From Candidatus Moanibacter sp. (GTDB lineage: Bacteria; Verrucomicrobiota; Verrucomicrobiia; Opitutales; UBA2987), in contig CBDCEW010000049.1 in the NCBI GenBank assembly GCA_965215885.1, forward strand, positions 1 to 55,047: a stretch of DNA of 55,047 bases, given 5' to 3'. The stretch's first letter is position 1, and the number at the start of each line of letters is the position of its first letter. The notes beneath the pieces are model-generated. The model did no database searches. It saw nothing but the letters and a program-made list of their open reading frames with translations, and was not told the DNA's origin. The position numbers and the translations under genes are program-made. This document shows positions 21,088 through 30,672 of the stretch, piece after piece.

Positions 21088-22887
21088 ATGACCAGAACAA
21101 ACGGTAAGATGAATTGGGACCTAGCGCCATATTTCCCGGAATTTAACGGAACGGAAATGGTCCGGTTCAAGGAGGTCCTCAGAAGGGATATCAACGAACT
21201 GTTGGGAGAAGCGGAGGCACTTGACGTTCTGAACCGGGACAACCTGGACGATTGGGAAACCCTATTCCTCGAAGGCGAGGACCTTTGGATGCGCCTGGGC
21301 CATCTGGGATCGTATGTCGGGTGCCTGACCGCAGCCGATGCCCGCAACGAGGCCTACTTGCGGGAGGAGTCGGCTCTTTCAAGAACGAGTGCGGAGGCGT
21401 CGAAGATTCACATCCAGTTCCTGCGGGCCGTTAAGGAAACACCCGACGATATTTTCGAGGAATTTGTTCAAAGAGACGCTTTTCGAGACGCCGGGTATTT
21501 TCTGAACAGACTGCGCCGGGAAGCCCGGTATACCATGGACGCGAGTCGGGAAGCCCTGGCCACGGACCTGGGCGTGGACGGCATCGAGGCCTGGGGACGG
21601 CTCTATGACACCCTATCAGGAAAACTGGAATTCGACATGGAGTATTCGGACGGCCGCACCGAACGTCTTCCCATGTCCCAGCGACGCTCGCTGATGGAAA
21701 ATTCTGACCGTCAGGTGCGAAAGGCCGCCTTCGATGGGGGCAACGCAGCCTGGAAGAGCGTTGAGGATGTTGCCGGAGCGGCCCTCAACGCGATATCCGG
21801 CACCCGACTCACCCTCAATCGGTACCGCGATGTTTCCCATTTCCTGGAAATCGCCAGATTCCAATCGGCTGTCAGTGCGAAAACCATCAACGCCATGTTC
21901 GAGGCCATATTTTCCGAAATCGAACTGTCCCGCCGTATCCTCCGCCTTAAGGCCCGCACCATGAAGCGCGACACCATCGCCTGGTACGATCTGGCTGCGC
22001 CCCTGCCCCTGTCCGATCATGATGAGCTCGATTGGGAGACCTGCAGGAACATCGTCCAAAATGCATTTTCCAAAGCTTACCCAGGACTGGGCGAATTTAC
22101 AGGGCGTATCTTCGAGAAAAATTGGATCGATTGGGAGCCTCGGGCAGGTAAACGACCAGGCGGCTTTTGTACAGGATCCAAACTCATCAACGAATCCCGA
22201 ATTTTCATGACCTACAACAACACCCTGGCCCATGAAGTTGGACACGCATTCCACAGCTACATCCTTCGCGAAAAGCGCCCGTTCGCGACCGAATACCCTA
22301 TGACACTGGCCGAGTCGGCCTCAACATTTGGCGAAATGATCCTTACTGAAGGGGTTTTGGAAAACTCCGATTTCAGTGATGTTCAAAAAGCCCAGATGCT
22401 CGACATGGAAATCGGCCACGGCGCCATCTATCTTACGGATATCCCGGTACGTTACGAATTTGAAAAGGCCATCTACGAAGAGCGATCCAAAGGGGAACTG
22501 AGTGTGTCCGATTTTAAAGACCTCATGGCCGAAACTCAGCGCCGTGTCTTCGGCGAGGTTCTCGAAGAAGGTGGTGAGGATCCCTACTTCTGGGCATCCA
22601 AACTGCACTTCTATATCACAGGTGTTACCTTCTATAACTTCCCCTACACATTTGGCTTCCTTCTCAGTCGGGGCCTCTTTGCATGCTTCAAAGAGGAGGG
22701 AGAGGAATTCCTGCCTCGCTATGAAGCCTTTCTCCGTCTCACCGGAAGCGACACCTGTGAAAACGTCGCTAACCTCAGTATCCAGGAAAATCTGGAAGCG
22801 CCGGACTTCTGGGTTGCCGCCATCCGCAGTTTGGAAGAACCCCTCGGCGAACTGGAGAAACTCTTGCCCAATCTGGCGCATTTGTAG
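21088..22887 (+). CDS. M3B oligoendopeptidase F family
   Basis: GKRPGGFC, LAHEVGHAFH, LAESASTFGE, HFY..FYNFPYTFG. Confidence 0.92.
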   Translation: MTRTNGKMNWDLAPYFPEFNGTEMVRFKEVLRRDINELLGEAEALDVLNRDNLDDWETLFLEGEDLWMRLGHLGSYVGCLTAADARNEAYLREESALSRTSAEASKIHIQFLRAVKETPDDIFEEFVQRDAFRDAGYFLNRLRREARYTMDASREALATDLGVDGIEAWGRLYDTLSGKLEFDMEYSDGRTERLPMSQRRSLMENSDRQVRKAAFDGGNAAWKSVEDVAGAALNAISGTRLTLNRYRDVSHFLEIARFQSAVSAKTINAMFEAIFSEIELSRRILRLKARTMKRDTIAWYDLAAPLPLSDHDELDWETCRNIVQNAFSKAYPGLGEFTGRIFEKNWIDWEPRAGKRPGGFCTGSKLINESRIFMTYNNTLAHEVGHAFHSYILREKRPFATEYPMTLAESASTFGEMILTEGVLENSDFSDVQKAQMLDMEIGHGAIYLTDIPVRYEFEKAIYEERSKGELSVSDFKDLMAETQRRVFGEVLEEGGEDPYFWASKLHFYITGVTFYNFPYTFGFLLSRGLFACFKEEGEEFLPRYEAFLRLTGSDTCENVANLSIQENLEAPDFWVAAIRSLEEPLGELEKLLPNLAHL

Positions 22888-23078
22888 GTCCTGACGTGTG
22901 CGCCTTCCGACCCTGAGGCCCTGATCGTCATGATTTGCCTGCGTGGACAGCCACCGGATCGACACCGGTAGGGACAAGAATGCGAAATGAACCGGAGGAA
23001 CGGTTGAATTCTGAAAAGTACAACGATCTCGCAATGTTGAGATTGACTCCCCTTGCTTTATCAGTCAAATTATCTGAC

Positions 23079-23306
23079 ATGCAGACGAATGTGAGTAGCT
23101 TATTGAGGGAGTTTCCACGAATCAAGCGTGCGGCATTGGCAGGCGATCGCGTGATCATACGGACTCGGGAAGGAAATCTCGTATTGACGGCCCAAAAGCC
23201 TGCAGGGGATAGTCTATTCGGAGCCTTGCGCGAGAACATACGATCGAAGGACCTGAAACCTGAGGATTCGGGTGCGTCACCTTCAGATTGGACAGCGGAG
23301 CTATGA
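23079..23306 (+). CDS. Putative antitoxin (Phd-like)
   Basis: 75-aa ORF overlapping vapC by ATGA. Confidence 0.7.
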   Translation: MQTNVSSLLREFPRIKRAALAGDRVIIRTREGNLVLTAQKPAGDSLFGALRENIRSKDLKPEDSGASPSDWTAEL

Positions 23307-23692
23307 CTTACCTGCTGGACACGCATGCCGCCATATGGCTGCTTGAAGGGAGTCCTCGGTTGGGTACGGCGGCATGTGAAGCGATCGGCTCGGAGCCGGG
23401 TGGCTCCGTGGCGCTCTCGGACATATCCTTGCTGGAAATAGCCATGCTCGAGCGCAAGGGCGTGATCAATCTGCGGCCCGATCTTGAGCACGGTTTGGAG
23501 AGCATTGCGAAGCAGCTCATGGTTTTACCAATAACGGCTAGAATCGCCGCCGACGCGGTCAACCTGACTTGGAAGCAGAAGGATCCATTTGACCGAGTTA
23601 TCACTGCCACTGCTCGCATTCACCGACTCACCCTTATAACCAGGGATCGTGATATCGTTCGCTCAAATGTGGTCCCGATTCTTTGGGATTGA
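23303..23692 (+). CDS. vapC: VapC PIN-domain toxin
   Basis: YLLDTHAAIW..SDISLLEIA..KDPFDRVITATA. Confidence 0.9.
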   Translation: MTYLLDTHAAIWLLEGSPRLGTAACEAIGSEPGGSVALSDISLLEIAMLERKGVINLRPDLEHGLESIAKQLMVLPITARIAADAVNLTWKQKDPFDRVITATARIHRLTLITRDRDIVRSNVVPILWD

Positions 23693-23809
23693 AAACTCCT
23701 CGCCCCGCTTGGCGGGAGTAGCGAAGAGGGGTCCAATGGATTGTTTGGGTCAACGGGTGGAGAATCTGGACGGTACACGTTTCTTCAACGAAGTCGGAAA
23801 AACCTCTCT

Positions 23810-25713
23810 ATGAAGAAAGCACTGCTGACCCTCGGTCTGGGTTTGCTCGTCCTTGTCTCCGTGCTCCTGATCCGCACCGCACAGTTCACCTCCAGGCAAG
23901 TCCAAGTCGAGTCCGTGCCGACCATTGCGATCGATTCGAAGGCCGCCGCCGGCCGTCTGGCGAATGCGATTCGTTTCCCCACAGTCTCCCACCCTGATCC
24001 GGCCCAGATGGAGAAAGAGGTGTTCATTGCCTTTCACGACTACCTGATCCGAACCTTTCCTCAAGTCCACGCTAGACTTTCTCGGGAGACTGTGGGGGAG
24101 AACGGAGTGCTCTATACGTGGCCAGGTACGGAATCGGGTCTAAAGCCGATCCTGCTCATGGGCCATGGAGACGTGGTTCCCGTGGAACCTGGGACAGAGG
24201 GGGACTGGGAACACCCGCCCTTCGCGGGCCGGATTGCGGACGACTACATCTGGGGACGCGGAGCCATCGACAACAAGAGCGGTGTGCTCGCTATCCTGGA
24301 AGCTGCGGAGCGCTTGCTCGAAGAGGGATATCGGCCCTCACGCACGATATACCTCCCCTTCGGTATGGATGAGGAGGTCGGCGGCCACTCGGGCGGCGCT
24401 GAGATCGCGAAACTACTGACCTCGCGCGGCGTGGAGCTCGAGTACGTCCTGGACGAAGGCGGGTGCGTTGTGTCGTAACCGCTGCGTCCTGGTGGGCATA
24501 GCGAAGGGGTACGTGAGCCTGCTTTCCGCTAAGGGCGAGGGCGGTCACTCTTATGCCGCGGCGGACTGCTGGTGGGCATAGCGGAGAAGGGGTACGTGAG
24601 CCTGGAGCTTTCCGCTAAGGGCGAGGGCGGTCACTCTTCCATGCCGCCCCGGCGGACTGCGGTTGGAATTCTGATCCGGCAGGTCCTCCCCATGCGCCGT
24701 TGCCAAGCTCCAGGAAAATCCCTTTCCTGGTGGGTTGAGTGGGCCCACCCGTGAGTTGCTTGCCTATGTGGGGCCGGAGATGCCAGTTCATCGCCTACCG
24801 TTGCCGCGGCGGCCGAGTTGCAAATCCATCTTTAATCGTGAACATCAGCGACTCCACTGCGGAGCGATCGCGGCGTGCCTCCGATACGCCTCGCTCTCCC
24901 AGTCCTCGGGGGTGGTCAACTTCTTGCCCTTCGCCCCACTGATCGAGCGGCAGTCCCTTGCCGCCTCTCCATCCAGCGACGCCATGCTGCGCACCACCAC
25001 CGCCCCCACGATGTAGGCCGCCGATCCGTCCGAGAGGCTCAGGACCTTCTGTGTGGACGGTAGCTTCTTTTTGAAACACCCGATCATGAGCATACTCAAC
25101 AACCCGCTTGGCGTGCAATATCGCCCCTGATCTGGCTCAATGCCCGCTCCAGAAGCTCCCGGCGAGTGGGAGGCAGTGAATCCATCGACAGGCCCTCTTC
25201 AAGATGGCTCAGTTCCCCCGTTAGTGAGTCGGCCGCCTTGCGGCCCCGCTTGAGCAACCGCCGGTATCCGCGCACGTGCCGTGGTAAACTTTCGGATTTT
25301 CCCTGGCGAGACTTCTGAGAGTGTGGCGGAACGGGTGCGAAGTCTGATTGATGATTCGCGGGTCCAAATCACACAGTTCGGCAGCGTCGTCGAAAATACC
25401 GCATAAGCCGGCATCCGCGGCCGGCCTGCCCCTCCCCCGTCTCTCCCACGGACTCGCCGGCTTCTTCGAGATCCTCCAGCGCACTATCCGGCAGGTCCTC
25501 CCCGATGCCGTGGTGGCACCATATCTGGTGGTAGGTAGCACCGACTCCCGCCATTACCGAGGGCTAACCGAGAACGTCTACTGCTTCCTGCCGCTCCGGC
25601 TTCACCAGGACGACCTTGCCCGGATGCACGGCACCAACGAGCGCGTTTCGATCGAGGGACATGCTGATGGCATCCGGTTTTACCGACAGTTGATCCTCAA
25701 CTCCAACCCCTAG
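23810..25713 (+). pseudogene. M20 peptidase (Gly-Xaa carboxypeptidase / PM20D1-like), middle scrambled with IS sequence
   Basis: LMGHGDVVP, WGRGAIDNK, DEEVGG, LDEGG, AEKGY..GGHSSMP, GSTDSRHY, MHGTNER; 24470-25450 interleaved with IS pieces. Confidence 0.85.
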
Positions 25714-25845
25714 GAATCCGTCGGACTTAGTGCTCGAGTACTTAGTTTTCTGAATTCGCTGACTTTTTCATGCATCATCGTGCGCGGAGCGCCCGATCCT
25801 GGAGTTTGGCCCGTTTCGAGTCACGTAGAAACTACGAGTTAATTC

Positions 25846-27280
25846 TTAAGCGGCTTGAAAGAGGGAGCTGGCAAGATGGGGGCTGAGTTTCTCCGACTTG
25901 TGGGTACCACTTTTAGGATCAACGAAGTGGGAGAAACTCGATGGTCGCAGACTGCCCGCCCAAGTCTCGTATCTGAGTTGCTGCAGTAAGTCTGAAGTGG
26001 TTGGGCCCTGCATGGAGCGTTTATCGGTGCGCCACTTGGCCGGCTCGAAGATGCCTTGTTGATGGCGCTTGGGATCGGATTGGTAGGAGGCCAGCCACAA
26101 CATCGAGTAGGCTGCCACGTTGAGGGCGGGAAGGTTTCTGTTGGACGCTTCGGTCCTGACCTGGGCCTCGCCCATGCCTAAGAGGGTCTTCTCATCGCGG
26201 AAGTTGGGCTCTATCTGCCAGCGCCAAAGATAGTATTGGAGAAACTCTTCAAGCGCTAATTGGGGATCGGTGCAAATCAGGTAAGCGGGCTTTCTGTAGA
26301 GCAACTTTGCCTTCTTCTGAAGCCGGTATCGGAGCGGAGCAATGATCAAAAGCTGCAAAGGGCGTTTTGCTCCGCTCTTGCGCCACAAAAGATCCTTCAC
26401 CCTCTTGACCTTAAAGCGGTGGCGCTTACCGGCCGCGAAGGCCTCCACATATTCCCACGGCACTTCCTGGTCCTTGCGAATCTGTTCGGGCGTGGGAATC
26501 TCTGGCCCGTAGCTTGGTCGGCGTCCGGTTTTGGGCGCCTGCCCGGGCATTTTGCAAAGCGTAGCGTCCTTGCGGATGCGCCCGATCATGGTGGTGCGTT
26601 CGGGCAGAGCCTTGAGGAAGTCTCCATTGGTATAGCTGCCGTCGGCCACGACGATCAGTTCGCGTTCGACCTCCATAGAGTCTCTGAGCAGTGCAACGCG
26701 CTCTATTGCCTGTCGATTGAGTTTGAGCTGCTTTTTGCTCTCTTTATAGCATTGGACCTGCTCCTGTGTGGCTTTTGCCCCCGGCTTGCGCGCGGAGGGC
26801 GCATGGGTCAGATCAATAGGAATCATGCGGGCCGAACCGTCCTCTGCGGCAAGGGCGGCGGAAAGTTGGATGAATCGCTGGGCGAGCACGAGGTTAACTT
26901 GGAATTTGGGACCGAGGGGATCTCTGCGCCAGCCCACTCCGTGGATACGAGTTCCACTTTTTTGCCGTAGGGTGTCGTCAAGTGCTACGACCATGGGCCT
27001 ATCGGGCGGAAGCATTCGCTCGATCTTCTCACGGATAACCGCGAAGCACTCATCAGGGTCGACTCTGCTCTTCGAATACATCCTGTAGTGTGCGCTCCAA
27101 TCCTCGTATTGGCGTCCGCCCGTCGTGATGATTCCAGTGACGGTACGCCTGCCCAGGCACAGAAGGGTGCACAAGATGTGCTCTCTGAAGCGATTGAAGC
27201 AGCTTGTTGTGGAGCAGGCTTTGGCACACGATCCAATGATACCTTCCAAGGTTTCTAGAAGTGAGGAGCCGTTTTTTTTA
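25846..27280 (-). CDS. DDE transposase OrfB (probably reached by -1 frameshift from OrfA)
   Basis: VALDDT, VVADGSY, YLWRWQIEPNFRDEK; no convincing own start; overlaps OrfA at an A8 run. Confidence 0.85.
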
Positions 27281-27464
27281 CACCCACCGGATTGGGAGGG
27301 GCATTGGATCGGGCCAGGATCATATGGCCTTTGTCGGCAATAATCCACTCCACCATCTCTCCTTTGCCAAACTCCATCGCCTGAGCTACCGCCGAAGGCA
27401 GATTGATATACCACTGTTCGCTACGCTTGCGCCTGATGAGTTGAACTTTAGTTGGGAATCCCAT
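27255..27464 (-). CDS. OrfA, AbrB/MazE-like DNA-binding domain
   Basis: TKVQLI..QWYINLPSAVAQAMEFGKGEMVEW fits the swapped-hairpin pattern (IP..L...GD.V). Confidence 0.7.
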   Translation of the reverse strand: MGFPTKVQLIRRKRSEQWYINLPSAVAQAMEFGKGEMVEWIIADKGHMILARSNAPPNPVGVKKTAPHF

Positions 27465-27470
27465 GGGCCA

Positions 27471-27501
27471 TGATCTAGTTACATAACTAGATCACAGTCA
27501 A
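27471..27501 (-). promoter_or_regulatory. IS promoter with palindromic operator
   Basis: Perfect 11-bp inverted repeat tgatctagtta-ca-taactagatca between a TTGACT -35 (minus strand) and the OrfA ATG. Confidence 0.65.
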
Positions 27502-27882
27502 GCTAAATACTTGCTTTTGAAGAAAAAAGGGAAATAAGGGAGCAATATATCTAGTAAAAGGCCAAACTCCAGCATCGTGCGCGGAGCGCCCGATCCACCA
27601 GTGGCAAGGATATTAGTGGTGGAATACAAAGTTGACGCTCGGTCAAAGTGAATCGGAGAGTGGTACGAGTGATTTCTCGGATAGATCGTTCGGTAAAGAT
27701 CCCTGCGCTCCGAGGACGAGAACGATATCTAATCCGCCAACTGGCAATTTTCCCACTCGAAAACACCTAGAATTATGGCCCGCTAGGCCGCACCCACATC
27801 GAAGTTTCAGGTCAGCGGGATACATGAGAAAAGAACAATTCCTTCGCTTGCGCTCAGCCCGATTCTCCCGCAGATTTTCTAT

Positions 27883-28010
27883 CATCATCGTGCGCGGAAC
27901 GCCCAGCCTGCCACGGCGAAGCACGCAGTGCGAAGACGGGATCCACCTGCAGCTAGGAAATTAGTGGTGGAACCCGTCTTCGTTGCGCGAGCGCAACTAC
28001 GCCGAGGCAG
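27883..28010. repeat. Nested REP-like palindromic repeats
   Basis: Second copy of the IS target motif catcatcgtgcgcggaacgccc..gatccacc..attagtggtggaa, plus inverted pair ctgccacggcgaag..cgaagacggg / cccgtcttcg..ctacgccgaggcag. Confidence 0.65.
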
Positions 28011-28202
28011 TCGGCCCCCTTGCCACGCCGTAGCAGTCTTCTGAGCAGGGGGTAGGCGGGTCCGGGGATGTTTGCTTCAATTTCCTAATGAGCATAGGCA
28101 AGAACGCACCTATTGCCCGATTGCGGGGGTTTTCATCGGCTCTACCGCCGAGTATTCTTTGTAGAAACGGTTTATGATTATTCTAGAATTCGAAGGTTTA
28201 AG

Positions 28203-29291
28203 ATGCAGTTGATACTATTAATTCCACGTTCGCGAGGAGCGCATCTTGCGGCTTTTCCGGCTCCGGAGGGTTGTAATGCAAGATATCTGGAGCTGACGGG
28301 GTCCGACGGAAAGCGATTGATTGCCGAGCGGGATCCGGCTTTGCCAATTTACCAGGTAATTCTCCCGGTGACGAAGGTCGGAGAGGAGGTCTCCTTCGCG
28401 GTCGAGGCTCTTGAAAGCGTCGGCACCGCATCGGAGATCGGGTATACTCAGGTTGATGATCAGGTAAACATTTCCCTTGCGGGGTCTCCCTTCATGACGT
28501 TTCACCATGGCGCCGAATATCCCAAGCCTGTGATCAATCCGGTACTATCGCCCGGTGGGACGAATATGCTGCGGGAACCGTTAGAGGCTTATGCGGAAGG
28601 GGAGCACCCCTGGCAGCGAGGCATCACCCTTATGCAGGGCTCGATCAACGGAGTGGATTGCTGGAACGAGCCAAACAGGGAAGGCTACGGGCGCACCGAG
28701 CAAGATAGTATGGCGATATCGCAGGGCCCTCTCTCACTCACCATTGCATCTGAGAACAGCTGGTATGCCGGTGAGCGTCCATTGATAACCGACAGCAGAA
28801 CCTACCGTCTCTTCGACACTCCCCGGGATCCGGCAGTCCTCGATATTCAGTTGACCTTAATTGCATCGCACGGTCCGGTGACGATTGGAGCAAGCAAGGA
28901 GGGCGGTTTTCTCTGCATGCGGGTGAACCCCTCCATGAACGCGAATACGGGTGGGCATATGCGAAATGTTTACGGAGCAAAAGACGAAAAAGGCTGCTGG
29001 TCATTGCCCTCACATTGGATGGACTACTATGGACCGGTCGGCGACGAGGAGGCCGGTTTTGCCATTTTCGACCACCCGAAGAACTTTCGCTATCCTACGA
29101 CATGGCATGTGCGCGGCTACGGACTCTTTGCTCCCAACTGCTGGATGTTCAAGCCCGATCACAGATTAGCGGAAGGCGAGTCAATGACGTTTCGGTGGCG
29201 GGTCATCGTGCACACGGGCGATACCGAACAAGCCGATATCGCGAACCGGTTTCTGGATTACGTGGATGGCCCGCGGGCGAAGTGGGAGTGA
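28203..29291 (+). CDS. DUF6807 (Pfam 'PmoA'-named) family protein
   Basis: KPVINPV, EHPWQRG, KEGG..RV, WMDYYG, FDHPKN..PTTWHVRGYGLF. Confidence 0.75.
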   Translation: MQLILLIPRSRGAHLAAFPAPEGCNARYLELTGSDGKRLIAERDPALPIYQVILPVTKVGEEVSFAVEALESVGTASEIGYTQVDDQVNISLAGSPFMTFHHGAEYPKPVINPVLSPGGTNMLREPLEAYAEGEHPWQRGITLMQGSINGVDCWNEPNREGYGRTEQDSMAISQGPLSLTIASENSWYAGERPLITDSRTYRLFDTPRDPAVLDIQLTLIASHGPVTIGASKEGGFLCMRVNPSMNANTGGHMRNVYGAKDEKGCWSLPSHWMDYYGPVGDEEAGFAIFDHPKNFRYPTTWHVRGYGLFAPNCWMFKPDHRLAEGESMTFRWRVIVHTGDTEQADIANRFLDYVDGPRAKWE

Positions 29292-30538
29292 TCGAAACTC
29301 CGGTTAAACGAACTTCGGAGCGGCAGCATCAGGCAGATCCCGATTGTGATGATGGCAGCGGCGCACCATCCCGTGAGCTGTGGGTTCGATTGACCCACGA
29401 GGAGATATCCGGCAAAGGGCGCCAATGCTCCTCGCACTCCCGTAAAAAATGTATGGATACCCATGTATGTGGAAACCTGATCCGGTGGAGCCATATCCAC
29501 CACCCAGAGCATCCAGAGAATACGGCCCCCACTCATCGAAATACCATATAAGCCCATCCCCAGACCAATCATCCAAAGCGAAGAGGTGAAGAACACGGTA
29601 AAGATGGAAATAATGGCGATGACGTTCATCGTAACGCGCAAGGTGATAAAGTTCGTGCGGTCGAAACAATAACCCCAGAATTTGGTCGACAACAGGTAGG
29701 TGACAAAGGGAATCACTCCGACAATGAGGCTAACCTGCTCGTTAGTAGCATCGATACCGTAACGCGGATTTGCCAGATACTCGATACGGATTGGAACTGT
29801 CATGATCTGTCCGAATCCTTGAAACATCCACGCCACGATAACCATGCAAAACACTCTATTCCGGATCGCCCCTTTGAAGTCTCTAACCGTGCTCTGAGTA
29901 TTCTCCCGGCGAATCAGGACGGGGGGCATCTTTGTATAGGCGAATACGTTGACGAAAAGAGCCAATGCGGCGACCAGAAACAGGTAGCGATAGAGTCCGA
30001 GTTCGAAATCGAGGATCAAACCGCCACAATAGGAAAAGCTCGCACCAACGATGGCCGAAAGAAGCACGGTCGAAGAGAATCTGGAACCCCGATCCCGGAC
30101 TCCGTAATTGGAGGCATAGATCTTGGTCAGGAGCGGGATCGTCTGAGCAAGAATGACAGCCGCTAAGACGATACATACCAGGTATAGAACCAGCTCCCGA
30201 GCGGAAAGAGCGCCGATCATCGCTAATCCCGATAAAAAGCAGCAGAGTGCGCATATGCTTCCCGCTGTCCCTCCCCGCCTGGAGGCGAGGACGATCGTGA
30301 TCGGCGATAGCAACAGCCCCAGAGAATATGATCCGGGAAGAATCGCTTTCAGCATATCGGGAGCGTCGAAGACACGAATGGCGACCAGTAGTGTAAACGT
30401 AACCATACAGGCCTCGACGAACCCTTGCATGCTTCCCCGCAACAGGTCCCAGCGATATGTCTGTCGTGCTACGTCGCCGGGCGTCTCAGGAATTCCCTCT
30501 TCGGACTTCGGTTCGTTTTCAACGGAGTGCGCGGTCAC
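29258..30538 (-). CDS. MFS transporter
   Basis: About 12 hydrophobic segments; YGVRDRG and WGYCFDR loop motifs. Confidence 0.85.
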   Translation of the reverse strand: MTAHSVENEPKSEEGIPETPGDVARQTYRWDLLRGSMQGFVEACMVTFTLLVAIRVFDAPDMLKAILPGSYSLGLLLSPITIVLASRRGGTAGSICALCCFLSGLAMIGALSARELVLYLVCIVLAAVILAQTIPLLTKIYASNYGVRDRGSRFSSTVLLSAIVGASFSYCGGLILDFELGLYRYLFLVAALALFVNVFAYTKMPPVLIRRENTQSTVRDFKGAIRNRVFCMVIVAWMFQGFGQIMTVPIRIEYLANPRYGIDATNEQVSLIVGVIPFVTYLLSTKFWGYCFDRTNFITLRVTMNVIAIISIFTVFFTSSLWMIGLGMGLYGISMSGGRILWMLWVVDMAPPDQVSTYMGIHTFFTGVRGALAPFAGYLLVGQSNPQLTGWCAAAIITIGICLMLPLRSSFNRSFDHSHFARGPST

Positions 30539-30672
30539 GCAATCGCCGTTTGTGGTTCAGTTGGGCCCATTGAGGTCCAAAATGCCCGGCTTTGGACACT
30601 CTTCGCAAGAATAATCCCGAGGAGCCTGCCGGTCTTTGTCCGACAGGCTCCAAACACCGAATCGAAATAACT

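Larger units (their letters stand above)
25799..27572 (-). mobile_element. Complete IS (IS701/IS4-superfamily-like DDE), 13-bp terminal IR, 23-bp flanking direct repeat
   Basis: IR ctggagtttggcc (25799-25811) / ggccaaactccag (27560-27572); DR catcgtgcgcggagcgcccgatc at 25776-25798 and 27573-27595. Confidence 0.9.
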
